Origin: an uncultured Methanosarcinales archaeon
GTDB lineage: Archaea; Nanobdellota; Nanobdellia; Woesearchaeales; DSVV01
Assembly: GCA_964593285.1 (NCBI GenBank)
Contig: CAZQHZ010000007.1
Span: forward strand, 1 to 59,018
Reading direction: 5' to 3'
DNA: 59,018 bases
The position numbers were made by a program, and so were the translations under genes. Below are positions 10,714-20,860 of the stretch, piece by piece. Position 1 is the stretch's first letter; each line of letters starts with the position of its first letter. The notes under the pieces are model-generated. The model was given only the letters and a program-made list of their open reading frames with translations. It made no database searches and was not told the DNA's origin.

Positions 10714-13700
10714 ATGTCTATTTTTAATAATTTTAGATATTTTTGTAATTTTTTTTTAAAAAAATCACAAATTAGTGTATTTATAATTATAGGTTTACTA
10801 ATTTTAATAACTTTTAGTTTATTTTTTTATGTAAGTAAATTAGAATATTCAAAATTAGAGACACAAATTCCAGAAACATTGATTTTATCAGATAATATAA
10901 GACCAGTACAAGTTTATTTTGAATCTTGTATCGAGCAGTTAAGTGAAAAACCAATTACTCAAATAGGATTAAATGGTGGAAATTTATATCCATTAAATTA
11001 TAGATATTATAATGAAGAAAAATATAATTATTATTGTTTAAATCAATATGGCTTTGGTTGTATTAGTAATATGATTCTAAAAGAAGATATGCAACGGCAA
11101 ATTTCAATGCATATTGAAAATAATTTTCAATCATGTGCAAATTTAAATTTTTTTGAACTGCAAGGTTTTAAAATAGATAAAGGTCATTTATCAATTAATA
11201 CAGTTATTTTAAAAAATGAAGTAAAAATAAAAGCACATTATCCAATTACTTTTACAAAAGATGATAAATCATTATCAATTGATTATTTTTCATCATCCAT
11301 AAAAGTTCCATTAGGCGAACTTTATGATTTATCAGTTTTTATTTTAAATTCAGAATTAAAAAAGGACCATTTCAATCAAGTCGATTATATGGTAAATTAT
11401 AATTTTTTAAATAACAATTATAATGACAATAATTTAATTATAAAAAAACACAAACCACATCCAGATATAATTTATAATTTAATTAAAGATGATTATTACT
11501 TTAATTTTGCACTTCAAGGTTCTTTAAATTTAGGTATAGAAAAATTATTTTTTTCACAAAATCATGTTTCTTCAAATGGTTGTTGTTATATTCCATATGA
11601 TAATACTTGTTTTGTTAATGTTCCAAATTTTTTATGTGAAATAAAAAATGGTGTGTTTGATTCAAATTCAAATTGTAATTGTGCAATTGATTCAAATAAG
11701 ATATTAAATGAAGATTTAAAGCCTACAACTTTAAATGCAAATAATTGTAATAATACTTATAATTATGTAACGAATGATTTTTCATTAAATGAAAGAATTC
11801 ATGGTGAATCTTGGTGTAGTTATGATTCTTTAACCGGTAATGGAAAGGATTATGTTGGTTCAAGGCATTATATGCATTATTGTATAGATGGGGTTGAATA
11901 TGTTGAAGAATGCAGGGATTATAGACAAGAAATATGTGTCTCTACTAAAATTAATGAATCTAATACTATTTATTCAAAAGCAATGTGTAAACCAAATAGG
12001 TGGGAAGATTGTCATTTATGTGATAGTTTTGAGTGTTGTAATGATAATAATTATAGAGATTGTATTTGGCAAGATAATTTATCAATAAATTCTAAGTGCG
12101 TACCATTAGTTCCACCCGGATTTAAACACTGGGAAGGTGAGAGTAGAGAATTTTGTTCTATTGCAAATAATAAAGATGAGTGTGTTGGTTTTAGTTGTAA
12201 TGATTCATGGGTTAGTGATAATTCTTATTTATGTTATATGCAAGGTGATTGTGGAAATTATAGAAATATTTTTGATAAAAAAACAAGTTTTGGTTTTTTT
12301 CATACAGATTTAAAGGCAATAGTTAATGATTCAATTTTTCCAAATAAAGGATTTACTACAAAAGGAAATAATCAATTTATTTCATTTAATTATAGTTCTT
12401 TTAATAGACAAAAAGTTATGTCAAGTAATTTAAACGAAAATTATGATATTTTATCAGGGATTTTAGTTTCTTTTTATTCATTTTTAGATCAATTATCTAA
12501 AATTTCTTCAAATGTAAAAAAAGATGATTTTAAAGTTACAAATTTTGCATTTTGCAATTTATGGCAAGCTCCATTTGAAAATATTGATTGTAGTAAATGT
12601 GATGGTGGTTATTTTAGACCATGTACTGAATATAAGTGCAAAAGCATTAGTCAACAATGTATATATGAAGAAATTAAAGGAAAAGGTTATTGTATGGAAC
12701 GTGAAGATTTAACTAATAATTTACCAATTATAACATTAAATGATTCTTTAACAGAAAAATCCTTACGATTAGAAGAAAAAGAAATTATTTTAGATAATTT
12801 AATTTTAAGAGGATATAAAGTTAAAGAAAACTTATCTCAAAACCAAATTATAAACATAGGGATTAATACAAAAAAAGAAACAACCTGTAAAATGAGTTTT
12901 ATTCCAAAAAATAATTATGTTTCTTTAATGTCAAACCCAATTGGTAACAATTCTTTTGTTGAAAACCATTTAATAAATTTGAGGATACCACCAAAACCAA
13001 AAATATCAACAAAAATATTTGATATTTTTGATTCAAAAAATATTTCTTCTTTTTTAAATTCATTTTATGATTTACAAAGCGATATATTTTATCAAAAAAA
13101 TGAAAATGAACTTTTATCAGATATTTTTTCAATAATTTTTGGAAATTCTATTTTTGATGATAATGCAAAAAAAACATCTTTTATCAATTTACTATTTGAC
13201 AATTCATTGCAGTCAAGACAAATATTAAAATTGTTATTAGAAAAAATAAATAATGGTGGGTATTATGCTTTTATTTATTGCATGGATAGAGCAGGTCAAG
13301 AAAACATACATCCTTTTTTTATTGAAATTGATATAGATGATTCATTTATGGAATTAAATCCACCAAAAATTTTAGGTATTATTCCAAAAAATAATTCTTT
13401 ATTTAGTTATTTAAATGACAATATATTAATTGAATTATTTTTAAATGAACCAAGTGATTGTAGATATAGTTTGCATGATGTTGATTTTTTTAGTATGAAT
13501 AATAGTTTTGAGTGTGTTAATTCAAATAATTTATTATCACCCCAATTTGGTGGAAGTTATTCTTGTAAAACAAAATATAATACATCAAAAGATGATATAA
13601 AACTTTTTATTAGATGCAAGGATTTACCTACAATAAATAAAGAAGTTGATTTTAAATTATATTTAGAAAATGAAACAAAATTAGAAAAAATATTATTTAA

Positions 13701-14280
13701 TGATTTTTTAATAAATCAAAATAATTTTTCAGTTTCAAAAAATAATATGTCTTTGTATTATTATTTAGATGATAATTATGATTGTAATTTAATTTTAAAT
13801 TCATCAGTTACAATAAATGGTAGTTGTAATTTGTCTAATAAAAAACAATTAGGTTTATATGAATGTATTTTTAAGCAAGATTTTTCAAAAATTAATTTTA
13901 ATAACTTAGATAATAATTATTTTTTAAATTCAAAAATTGTATGCAAAAATAATAATTCAACTAATTTTAATGTACACAATGAAAGTATAGTTTACAAATT
14001 AAATAGATCAAATGAATTAAAAATAGTTGATTTTAAACCAAAAGGAGATATTTATTCAACAAATCCAACATTATATGTAAAAACAACAAAAAGTAATAAT
14101 GTTAAGTGCGGTTTTTTTAATAATAAAAATTTAGGGGTTTATTCTATGGAAAATATTGTTGATTTTGAATTTTCAACAAAATTAGTTAATTTAAATAAAG
14201 GTTCTCACACATATTTTGTTAATTGTTTTGATTCTTATGGGAATGAAGCTTTAAAAGAGATTGATTTTTATATTAATTAA
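10714..14280 (+). CDS. Large Cys-rich surface protein with class III (type IV pilin-like) signal peptide
   Basis: KKSQ followed by hydrophobic ISVFIIIGLLILI; Cys-rich middle; C-terminal repeats ending in Y/F-x-x-C-x-D-x-x-G-N. Confidence 0.7.
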   Translation: MSIFNNFRYFCNFFLKKSQISVFIIIGLLILITFSLFFYVSKLEYSKLETQIPETLILSDNIRPVQVYFESCIEQLSEKPITQIGLNGGNLYPLNYRYYNEEKYNYYCLNQYGFGCISNMILKEDMQRQISMHIENNFQSCANLNFFELQGFKIDKGHLSINTVILKNEVKIKAHYPITFTKDDKSLSIDYFSSSIKVPLGELYDLSVFILNSELKKDHFNQVDYMVNYNFLNNNYNDNNLIIKKHKPHPDIIYNLIKDDYYFNFALQGSLNLGIEKLFFSQNHVSSNGCCYIPYDNTCFVNVPNFLCEIKNGVFDSNSNCNCAIDSNKILNEDLKPTTLNANNCNNTYNYVTNDFSLNERIHGESWCSYDSLTGNGKDYVGSRHYMHYCIDGVEYVEECRDYRQEICVSTKINESNTIYSKAMCKPNRWEDCHLCDSFECCNDNNYRDCIWQDNLSINSKCVPLVPPGFKHWEGESREFCSIANNKDECVGFSCNDSWVSDNSYLCYMQGDCGNYRNIFDKKTSFGFFHTDLKAIVNDSIFPNKGFTTKGNNQFISFNYSSFNRQKVMSSNLNENYDILSGILVSFYSFLDQLSKISSNVKKDDFKVTNFAFCNLWQAPFENIDCSKCDGGYFRPCTEYKCKSISQQCIYEEIKGKGYCMEREDLTNNLPIITLNDSLTEKSLRLEEKEIILDNLILRGYKVKENLSQNQIINIGINTKKETTCKMSFIPKNNYVSLMSNPIGNNSFVENHLINLRIPPKPKISTKIFDIFDSKNISSFLNSFYDLQSDIFYQKNENELLSDIFSIIFGNSIFDDNAKKTSFINLLFDNSLQSRQILKLLLEKINNGGYYAFIYCMDRAGQENIHPFFIEIDIDDSFMELNPPKILGIIPKNNSLFSYLNDNILIELFLNEPSDCRYSLHDVDFFSMNNSFECVNSNNLLSPQFGGSYSCKTKYNTSKDDIKLFIRCKDLPTINKEVDFKLYLENETKLEKILFNDFLINQNNFSVSKNNMSLYYYLDDNYDCNLILNSSVTINGSCNLSNKKQLGLYECIFKQDFSKINFNNLDNNYFLNSKIVCKNNNSTNFNVHNESIVYKLNRSNELKIVDFKPKGDIYSTNPTLYVKTTKSNNVKCGFFNNKNLGVYSMENIVDFEFSTKLVNLNKGSHTYFVNCFDSYGNEALKEIDFYIN

Positions 14281-14347
14281 ATAATTAATATTTATTTTTT
14301 AGATAGATTTTTAATAATTTAGAATTATTTTTTAATATTAATAAAAA

Positions 14348-14466
14348 TAGCGGGGGAAGGATTTGAACCTTCGACCTCCGGGTTTCTTGAATCTTTTGTG
14401 CTTAAAATATTAAACACAAATAAGATATATGAGCCCGACGGGCACTCCTGACTGCCCTACCCCGCT
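14348..14466 (-). tRNA. tRNA-iMet(CAT) with 44-nt intron at position 37/38 (intron 14384-14427)
   Basis: Reverse complement AGCGGGGTAGGGCAGTCAGGAGTGCCCGTCGGGCTCATA-[intron]-ACCCGGAGGTCGAAGGTTCAAATCCTTCCCCCGCTA; A1-U72 pair and three G-C pairs in the anticodon stem indicate an initiator; CCA not encoded. Confidence 0.93.
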
Positions 14467-14559
14467 ATATTTTCTTAGAAAATTCAAACTATTTATAAAT
14501 ATTTTTGTTATTTGGATTTAAAATTGATATTTTATAAAAATAAACTGAAAATAAATAAT

Positions 14560-16326
14560 TTATTGTATTTTTATTTTATTAATTTCTTCTTTTAAATTTT
14601 CAGAACCTTTTTTTAATTCTTGTGCAATTATTGTTAATTCTTGCATTGAAGCTGTAGTTTCTTGAATAGATGCACTCATTTCTTCTGCGCCTGCAGCACT
14701 CTCTTCAGCAACAGCACTAACATCAGCAATTGATTTATCAATTGTTGATATAAAATCTTCTTCAGTTTCAGCAAGTTTTTCAATACTTGTTGTTTGTTTA
14801 TCAATATTGCTAATAATTGCAGAAATTCCTTCAAGTGAAACTAAAGCATCTCCAATAACTTTGCTTCCTTGTTCGACATCATTTGTTCCATTTTTTATTG
14901 TATTTACTGCATTATTTGTTGAATTTTGAATATCAGAAATTAAATTTGAAATATTTTGTGTTGCTTTTTGGCTTTCTTCTGCCAATTTTCTAATTTCATC
15001 AGCAACAACGCTAAATCCTTTTCCAGCTTCACCAGCTCTAGCAGCTTCAATAGTTGCATTTAATGCAAGTAAATTAGTTTGTTCTGATATATTATTGATA
15101 ACATCTATTATTTTCCCAATTTCTTGGCTTTTTTGACCAAGTAAATCTATATTAGATGATGTTTCATTAAATATATTTTTTATTTTTGTAATATTCTCAT
15201 TTGCAATCCCTGCAGATTCTTTTCCTTTTTGTGCATTTTTATTTGCAAGGCCAGAAGATTCTGAAACTGTTTTTATTTCTATAACTTCTTTTTTTAAATG
15301 TTCATTTAAATTTCTAATAATTTCAGCAGTTTTATTAACTTCTCTTGATTGTGTTTGGGCACCTTTAGCAATTTCTTGAATAGTTGCTGAAATTTGTTCT
15401 GTTGCAGAGCTTGTCTCTTCAGAAGAATTCATTAATTTTGCAGATGTTTTATCAACAATTAAAAAATTATCATTGATTTTGGTTATTAAATTTTTTGTTG
15501 AATTAACTACTTTATTGTATGCATCAACTAGATATTTAATTTCATTATTTCCACTTGCATTAATATTTAATTTATAGGTATAATCTTGTTCTGAAAGTTT
15601 TTTAAAAGCAGTAGTTATTTTTTCAATAGGGTTAGTTATTAAATTTGTTACAAAAGTAATTAAAAAAATTAAAATTAAAATAACTATTCCAGTAATAGAA
15701 AATAAAACAATTAAAGCAAAATTAATTTCTTTTGAAATAATTTGATTAACTCTTTCTTGCTCAATACCAACAAAATAAATTCCAATTATTTCATTATTTT
15801 TATTAAATATAGGTTCATATATTGTTAAATGAGAAACATCTAAAATATATGCTTGTCCAATATAAACATTACCATTAATCATATCTTGGTATGCAGCACT
15901 ATTTTTTCCAAGGTATGTCCCAATAGCTCTTTCATTGTTTTCTAATCGAATGCTTGTAATTATTCTTTTAAAATCGTCATTTTCTTTTACAAAAATGGTT
16001 CCAACTATTCCTAATTCACGACTTATAGTATCAATAGCATCATAACGATTTTCAATACTCTTATTATTTTTATCAATTAATTTTCCGTCATGATAATTTA
16101 ATTCGCCAAATTCTCCTCTCATGTATTCTTTAAATGAAAATAAATCTCCATGTAATTTTGTATCTAAAATTTCATTAGAAGTATTTTCTGCTAAATTTTT
16201 CATTCTATTAACACTAACAATTGTTAAAACAGTAGATAAAATTATAATACATAGCAAGGTAACAACTAATATTTTGTTCTTTATTTTCATTTCATTAAAA
16301 CTTTTAAAAAAATTCAAAAAATTCAC
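14560..16326 (-). CDS. Methyl-accepting chemotaxis protein with extracellular Cache-like sensor and HAMP domain (exact start uncertain)
   Basis: TM-sensor-TM-HAMP; signalling tip [38 protein letters not shown]; sensor TIFV..RIITS..GTYL..Y.G.A.IL resembles Cache 3/2. Confidence 0.95.
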   Translation of the reverse strand: MNFLNFFKSFNEMKIKNKILVVTLLCIIILSTVLTIVSVNRMKNLAENTSNEILDTKLHGDLFSFKEYMRGEFGELNYHDGKLIDKNNKSIENRYDAIDTISRELGIVGTIFVKENDDFKRIITSIRLENNERAIGTYLGKNSAAYQDMINGNVYIGQAYILDVSHLTIYEPIFNKNNEIIGIYFVGIEQERVNQIISKEINFALIVLFSITGIVILILIFLITFVTNLITNPIEKITTAFKKLSEQDYTYKLNINASGNNEIKYLVDAYNKVVNSTKNLITKINDNFLIVDKTSAKLMNSSEETSSATEQISATIQEIAKGAQTQSREVNKTAEIIRNLNEHLKKEVIEIKTVSESSGLANKNAQKGKESAGIANENITKIKNIFNETSSNIDLLGQKSQEIGKIIDVINNISEQTNLLALNATIEAARAGEAGKGFSVVADEIRKLAEESQKATQNISNLISDIQNSTNNAVNTIKNGTNDVEQGSKVIGDALVSLEGISAIISNIDKQTTSIEKLAETEEDFISTIDKSIADVSAVAEESAAGAEEMSASIQETTASMQELTIIAQELKKGSENLKEEINKIKIQ

Positions 16327-16330
16327 CTAT

Positions 16331-16522
16331 TTAACTGTATTTATTATATAAAGATTCAAGTTTTTGTTGTGCTAAGCCCTCACCAAGTAACGATGCAAGC
16401 ATTTGTTTGCATTGATCTAGAAAATTTTTTGGATCAGAATCAGAAAAACCATCAATTTTATCAGCACTTGCTGCACCAAGAATTGATGTTATTACATTTT
16501 TTGCATCTTCTTTTACTCCTAT
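16331..16522 (-). CDS. Small helical protein, paralog of 24589-24780 (63 aa from probable ATA start; track start GTG at 16531)
   Basis: Shares LGAASADKIDGFSD.DPK.FLDQCK.ML..LG..LA.QKL..LY with its paralog; ends 4 nt before the MCP start. Confidence 0.8.
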   Translation of the reverse strand: MGVKEDAKNVITSILGAASADKIDGFSDSDPKNFLDQCKQMLASLLGEGLAQQKLESLYNKYS

Positions 16523-16574
16523 TTTAACCACCGTTTTTTATTATATAGTATTAAATTAAATATATATATAATTA

Positions 16575-17051
16575 TTAAGTATTAAAACTATTTGTATTTA
16601 AATAATTTTGTAGTTCTTTATGAATAGTATCATATATTTTTCCCATGTTTTTTTGAATTTCGTTACTTAATTTTTCACCAAAATCCATATTTTTTGGTTT
16701 AATTAAATAAAAAAATATTTTGGTCTTTTTATTCATTTTTTTTATTTTATTTTTTATTTCATTAAATGCAATATTATGTGATGAGTAATTATCACTATTA
16801 AATTTTATTTCATTGATTTCTTTTTTAATAAATTCTCCATAATTTAAATCAATCATTGCACAATCAATTATATAAATGATTTCATATTCTTCAATGTAGC
16901 CTAAAATATCCATACTACTTGCAGAATAATAGCAATCAACCAATTTGTTATTTTTAAATTCATTTTCTAATTTTTCTGTAATTATTAATCCTACAGCATC
17001 ATCATTTCTAATTAAACTACCATATCCAATTATTGCTATTTTTTTTTCCAT
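16575..17051 (-). CDS. Hydrogenase maturation endopeptidase (HybD/HycI family)
   Basis: IIGYGSLIRNDDAVG, IIDC and SSH motifs; D.GEKLS C-terminal pattern; hyp context. Confidence 0.88.
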   Translation of the reverse strand: MEKKIAIIGYGSLIRNDDAVGLIITEKLENEFKNNKLVDCYYSASSMDILGYIEEYEIIYIIDCAMIDLNYGEFIKKEINEIKFNSDNYSSHNIAFNEIKNKIKKMNKKTKIFFYLIKPKNMDFGEKLSNEIQKNMGKIYDTIHKELQNYLNTNSFNT

Positions 17052-17256
17052 TTTTAAAATTAATATTTTATTTTAATTTCTTTTTAATAAATATTACTAT
17101 TTANNNNNNNNNNNNNNNNNNNNNNNNNNNNNNNNNNNNNNNNNNNNNNNNNNNNNNNNNNNNNNNNNNNNNNNNNNNNNNNNNNNNNNNNNNNNNNNNN
17201 NNNTAAATATTACTATTTAATAAATTTTATATATTAATAAATTTTCTATTTATTTT

Positions 17257-17475
17257 ATGTGTTTAGCAATACCTGCAAAAATTATTGAAATTAATAAAGA
17301 TAATTCTGCTAAAGTAGATTATGGTGGAGTAAAAAAACAAATAAGACTTGATTTAGTTGATGTAAAAGTTAATGATTATGTTTTAATTCATGCAGGATTT
17401 GCTATAGAAAAAATGGATAAAAAAACCGCACTTAAAACAATTAAAGATATTAATAAATTAATTTTAAATGATTAA
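17257..17475 (+). CDS. hypC: Hydrogenase assembly chaperone HypC
   Basis: MCLAIP start; DYVLIHAGFAI. Confidence 0.97.
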   Translation: MCLAIPAKIIEINKDNSAKVDYGGVKKQIRLDLVDVKVNDYVLIHAGFAIEKMDKKTALKTIKDINKLILND

Positions 17476-17530
17476 TCAAATTGTTAATTTAAAATAATTA
17501 GTTTTTATATTAAGTTTAATAATAATTAAA

Positions 17531-18592
17531 ATGAAAAATGCATATTGGGATCAAAATTTATATTTAAATAAAAATGATCTAATTAAAGAAATAAAAAAAA
17601 TAGCATCAACAATAAAAAAAGATGTTAATTTTATGGAAGTTTGTGGTGGTCATACTTATTCTATAATTAAATTTGGTATAAAGGAAATATTGCCTAAAAA
17701 TGTAAATTTAATTTCAGGTCCAGGCTGTCCTGTTTGTATAACTTCAGCTAACGATATAGATTCAATAATTGAAATTGCAAAATCAAATGTTCCAATTGCA
17801 ACTTATGCTGATATGTTAAGGGTTAAAGGATCAAAATATTCTCTTGAAGACATAAAATCTAAAGGAGCAATTATTAAAACAATTTATTCAACTTCTGAAT
17901 TAATTGAATTAAAAAAACACTATCCAAATATTGTTTTTTTTGCAATTGGTTTTGAAACAACAATTCCAATGACAACATTTGTTTTACAAAATAATATACC
18001 TGTCTTTTCATCACACAAAGCATTACTTCCTGGGCTTAGAGCATTAATTGATGAAAAATTAAATATTGATGGATTTATTCTTCCAGGACATGTTTGCAGT
18101 GTTATTGGGTATAAAGATTTTAAATCATTAAATATATATCAAGCGGTTTCTGGTTTTGAAGCTGAGCATTTATTAAGGTCTATTTATGCATTGCTTGTTT
18201 TAATCAAAAACGAAAAAAAAGATGTTGTTAATACATATTTTGAGGTTGTAAAAAAAGAAGGAAACATTAAAGCAAAAAAATTAATTAACAAACATTTTAT
18301 ATTAAATGATTCAAATTGGAGAGGAATTGGAGTTATTTCAAATTCAGGATATGAAGTAATGAATAATAAATTAAATGCAAAAGTTATTTATAAAGATAAA
18401 TTAAAAAATATACAAACAGAAAAAAAATCATTATGTAGATGTGGTGAAGTATTAAAAGGAATTATTAGTCCATTAAAATGCCCTTTATTCTCAAAAAGAT
18501 GTACACCTAATAATCCAATTGGTGCATGTATGGTTAGTAGTGAGGGTTCATGTAATATTTATTATTTATTTAATGAACAAAGAAATAATTAA
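17531..18592 (+). CDS. hypD: Hydrogenase formation protein HypD
   Basis: MEVCGGHT, GPGCPVC, GFETT, PGHV and C-terminal Fe-S cysteines CRC..CPLF..CTP..GACMVSSEGSC. Confidence 0.96.
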   Translation: MKNAYWDQNLYLNKNDLIKEIKKIASTIKKDVNFMEVCGGHTYSIIKFGIKEILPKNVNLISGPGCPVCITSANDIDSIIEIAKSNVPIATYADMLRVKGSKYSLEDIKSKGAIIKTIYSTSELIELKKHYPNIVFFAIGFETTIPMTTFVLQNNIPVFSSHKALLPGLRALIDEKLNIDGFILPGHVCSVIGYKDFKSLNIYQAVSGFEAEHLLRSIYALLVLIKNEKKDVVNTYFEVVKKEGNIKAKKLINKHFILNDSNWRGIGVISNSGYEVMNNKLNAKVIYKDKLKNIQTEKKSLCRCGEVLKGIISPLKCPLFSKRCTPNNPIGACMVSSEGSCNIYYLFNEQRNN

Positions 18593-18614
18593 AAATTTTT
18601 AATTTATAAAAAAT

Positions 18615-19919
18615 TTAATTTATTTTAAATCTTTCTAAACTTTTTTTGTTTTCATCACTTATTTTTGCTAATTCTTGTGCCATTGTAGATACTCGTTGCA
18701 TTGCAGCTGTGGTTTCTTCCATAGATGCACTAACTTCCTCTCCACCTGCAGCATTTTCTTGTGCAAAAGTACTAACTTCACTAATAGATTTTTTAACATT
18801 TTCAGTTAATTCAACTTGATTTGTTGTTTTTGAAACAATATCTTTTATTTGTTGATTCATGTTGTTAATAATTGCAGAAATTCCTTCAAGTGAAACTAAC
18901 GCTTCATTAATAATTGTTGCACCTTCATCGACTTCTTTATTACCACTAGTTATTGAATTAACTGCATTGTTTGTTGAATTTTGAATATCTGAAATTAAAT
19001 TAGTAATATGTTGTGTTGCTTTTTGTGATTCTTCTGCTAATTTTCTAATTTCATCAGCAACAACGCTAAATCCTTTTCCAGCTTCACCAGCTCTTGCAGC
19101 TTCAATAGTTGCATTTAATGCAAGTAAATTAGTTTGTTCAGATATATTATTGATAACATCAACTATTTTTCCAATTTCTTGACCCTTTTGTCCAAGATCT
19201 GAAATGACATTAGAAGCACTACCAACGGTAGTTTTAATTGCTTTTATTTTGTTATTAGCATTTCCTGCAGCGGTTCTACCTTTAGATGCATTATTATTAG
19301 CAATATCAGCGGATTGTGCTAATGAATTTACACTCTCAGATACTTTTTTAATGGTTTCATTTAATTCTGTCATCATTTTTGATGTTTCAGCAACTAAACT
19401 AGATTGATTTTCAGAACCTTTTGCAATTTGTTGCATGGTTGATGAAACTTGTTCTGCAGAAGCATTAACCTCTTCACTTGAAGAAGATAAATCTTGTGCA
19501 CTATTACTAATTGTAGAATTATTTTCATTAGTTTTTGTTATAACTTCTTTAATATTTTTTGAAATTAAATTTAAAGATCTTGATAATTCTTCTATTTGAT
19601 CATTTGTTTTAATTTCATTCATTTCTTTAGTTAAATCTCCTTTACTTATTGTATTTGCAAAATCAACACATTTTTTAAGGGGATTTGAAATGTCTTTTTG
19701 AACATAAAAGCCGATTGCTATTGCAATTGCTAAGGCAATAATTGATGAAATTATTGTGATATAAGTTGCATTAAAAAAATGCATTCCAATAAATTGTATT
19801 ATTAATGCAAAAATTGTTACAACAAAAAAACCCAAAATAATTTTTAATTCAATATTTATTTTTTTTAATTCATTTGTTTTATTATTTTTTTTTAATTCTT
19901 CAGTGTTTTGTTCAGACAT
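18615..19919 (-). CDS. Methyl-accepting chemotaxis protein lacking an extracellular sensor domain
   Basis: Two adjacent TM helices with a very short loop, HAMP, conserved signalling tip; GGAG SD upstream. Confidence 0.95.
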   Translation of the reverse strand: MSEQNTEELKKNNKTNELKKINIELKIILGFFVVTIFALIIQFIGMHFFNATYITIISSIIALAIAIAIGFYVQKDISNPLKKCVDFANTISKGDLTKEMNEIKTNDQIEELSRSLNLISKNIKEVITKTNENNSTISNSAQDLSSSSEEVNASAEQVSSTMQQIAKGSENQSSLVAETSKMMTELNETIKKVSESVNSLAQSADIANNNASKGRTAAGNANNKIKAIKTTVGSASNVISDLGQKGQEIGKIVDVINNISEQTNLLALNATIEAARAGEAGKGFSVVADEIRKLAEESQKATQHITNLISDIQNSTNNAVNSITSGNKEVDEGATIINEALVSLEGISAIINNMNQQIKDIVSKTTNQVELTENVKKSISEVSTFAQENAAGGEEVSASMEETTAAMQRVSTMAQELAKISDENKKSLERFKIN

Positions 19920-20023
19920 TTTTTACTCCTTTATTATATTATTTTGATAATAATTTTTAAAAATATGAAAGTTAGTAAAATAATAACTTATTTTATTTAT
20001 ATAAGTTTTTGATAATTTTAAAA

Positions 20024-20075
20024 TAGTAACAAATTATTTTTCTGCATAGTAACACTTTTTATAATATTAGTAACA
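20024..20075. promoter_or_regulatory. Three direct TAGTAACA repeats in a divergent promoter (candidate regulator/NikR sites)
   Basis: TAGTAACA at 20024, 20047 and 20068. Confidence 0.4.
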
Positions 20076-20136
20076 TTTTTATATTAGTTGTTATAAACAA
20101 AAATTATATTTAAAAATATATTTAAGAAGGTTAAAA

Positions 20137-20508
20137 ATGGTTTTTAGTTGTTGTAAATATAAAAAAGGTTGTTATTTTTTATCATTGTTTTATAAATCTA
20201 AAAAAAATAAAAAAAACTTAAGGGAATTTGTAATCTTTTATTGTAATGAGAATTATAATTTTTGTTTTAGAAAAAAAATTGCAGACATAGTTGGTTTAGA
20301 GAGAGTTCCTTTTAATTTACTTGCAAATGGCACAATTTTTGAGAATACAACTATTTTATCTTGGTCAGAGAGTGTTAAAAAAATATTTTACAAAGTATAT
20401 TTTAACATTGAAAATAATATAGATAATAAAATAACTTCTAAATGTGATAATAAATTTTTATTATCTAGATTTGACAATCTAATTATTAAAAAAAAAGAGG
20501 TGTTTTAA
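20137..20508 (+). CDS. Small Cys-rich hypothetical protein, putative metal-binding
   Basis: CC.....C.F ... YC......C.R ... VP.NL.ANG pattern; SD-like AAGG upstream. Confidence 0.6.
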   Translation: MVFSCCKYKKGCYFLSLFYKSKKNKKNLREFVIFYCNENYNFCFRKKIADIVGLERVPFNLLANGTIFENTTILSWSESVKKIFYKVYFNIENNIDNKITSKCDNKFLLSRFDNLIIKKKEVF

Positions 20509-20509
20509 A

Positions 20510-20806
20510 ATTATTATTGCTCTTGCAACAAATGATTTAGTAAATGTTTCAAATAATATAGATGAATCAAGTGGTTTTTTATTAATAAACATTGAAAATA
20601 AAAAAATTATTAATAAAAATTTTACAATTAATTTTAATTTATCTAAAAATGAGAACGATTGTAAATTTATTGTTGCAAGAAGTTTTAGCAAAGAAAAATA
20701 TTTAGAATTATTTAATAATAAAATTAAACCAATTGTTACAACATTTGAAAAAATTGATGATGCATTAAATGAGATTTTAAATAATTCTGAATATATAAAC
20801 GAATAA
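20510..20806 (+). CDS. NifB/NifX-like (FeMo-cofactor-binding family) small protein, missing from the ORF track; probable ATT start
   Basis: Open frame IIIALATNDLVNVSNNIDESSGFLLINIENKKII..CKFIVARSF..KIKPIVTTFEKIDDALNEIL (98 aa); GAGGTG 7 nt upstream of ATT. Confidence 0.65.
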   Translation: MIIALATNDLVNVSNNIDESSGFLLINIENKKIINKNFTINFNLSKNENDCKFIVARSFSKEKYLELFNNKIKPIVTTFEKIDDALNEILNNSEYINE

Positions 20807-20860
20807 GAAATGTTGTAATAATTTTATAAATTAATAAATACTGTAAATGAGGTTATAAAT

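Noticed and set aside
17088..17219. Gap between the maturation protease and hypC as the hiding place of hydrogenase structural genes
   Set aside because: A 16-bp duplicated flank (TAAATATTACTATTTA) suggests overlapping contig ends, like the other gaps; it cannot be fully excluded without reads.
20479..20691. 70-aa minus-strand ORF
   Set aside because: Antisense shadow of the better supported NifX-like plus-strand frame.
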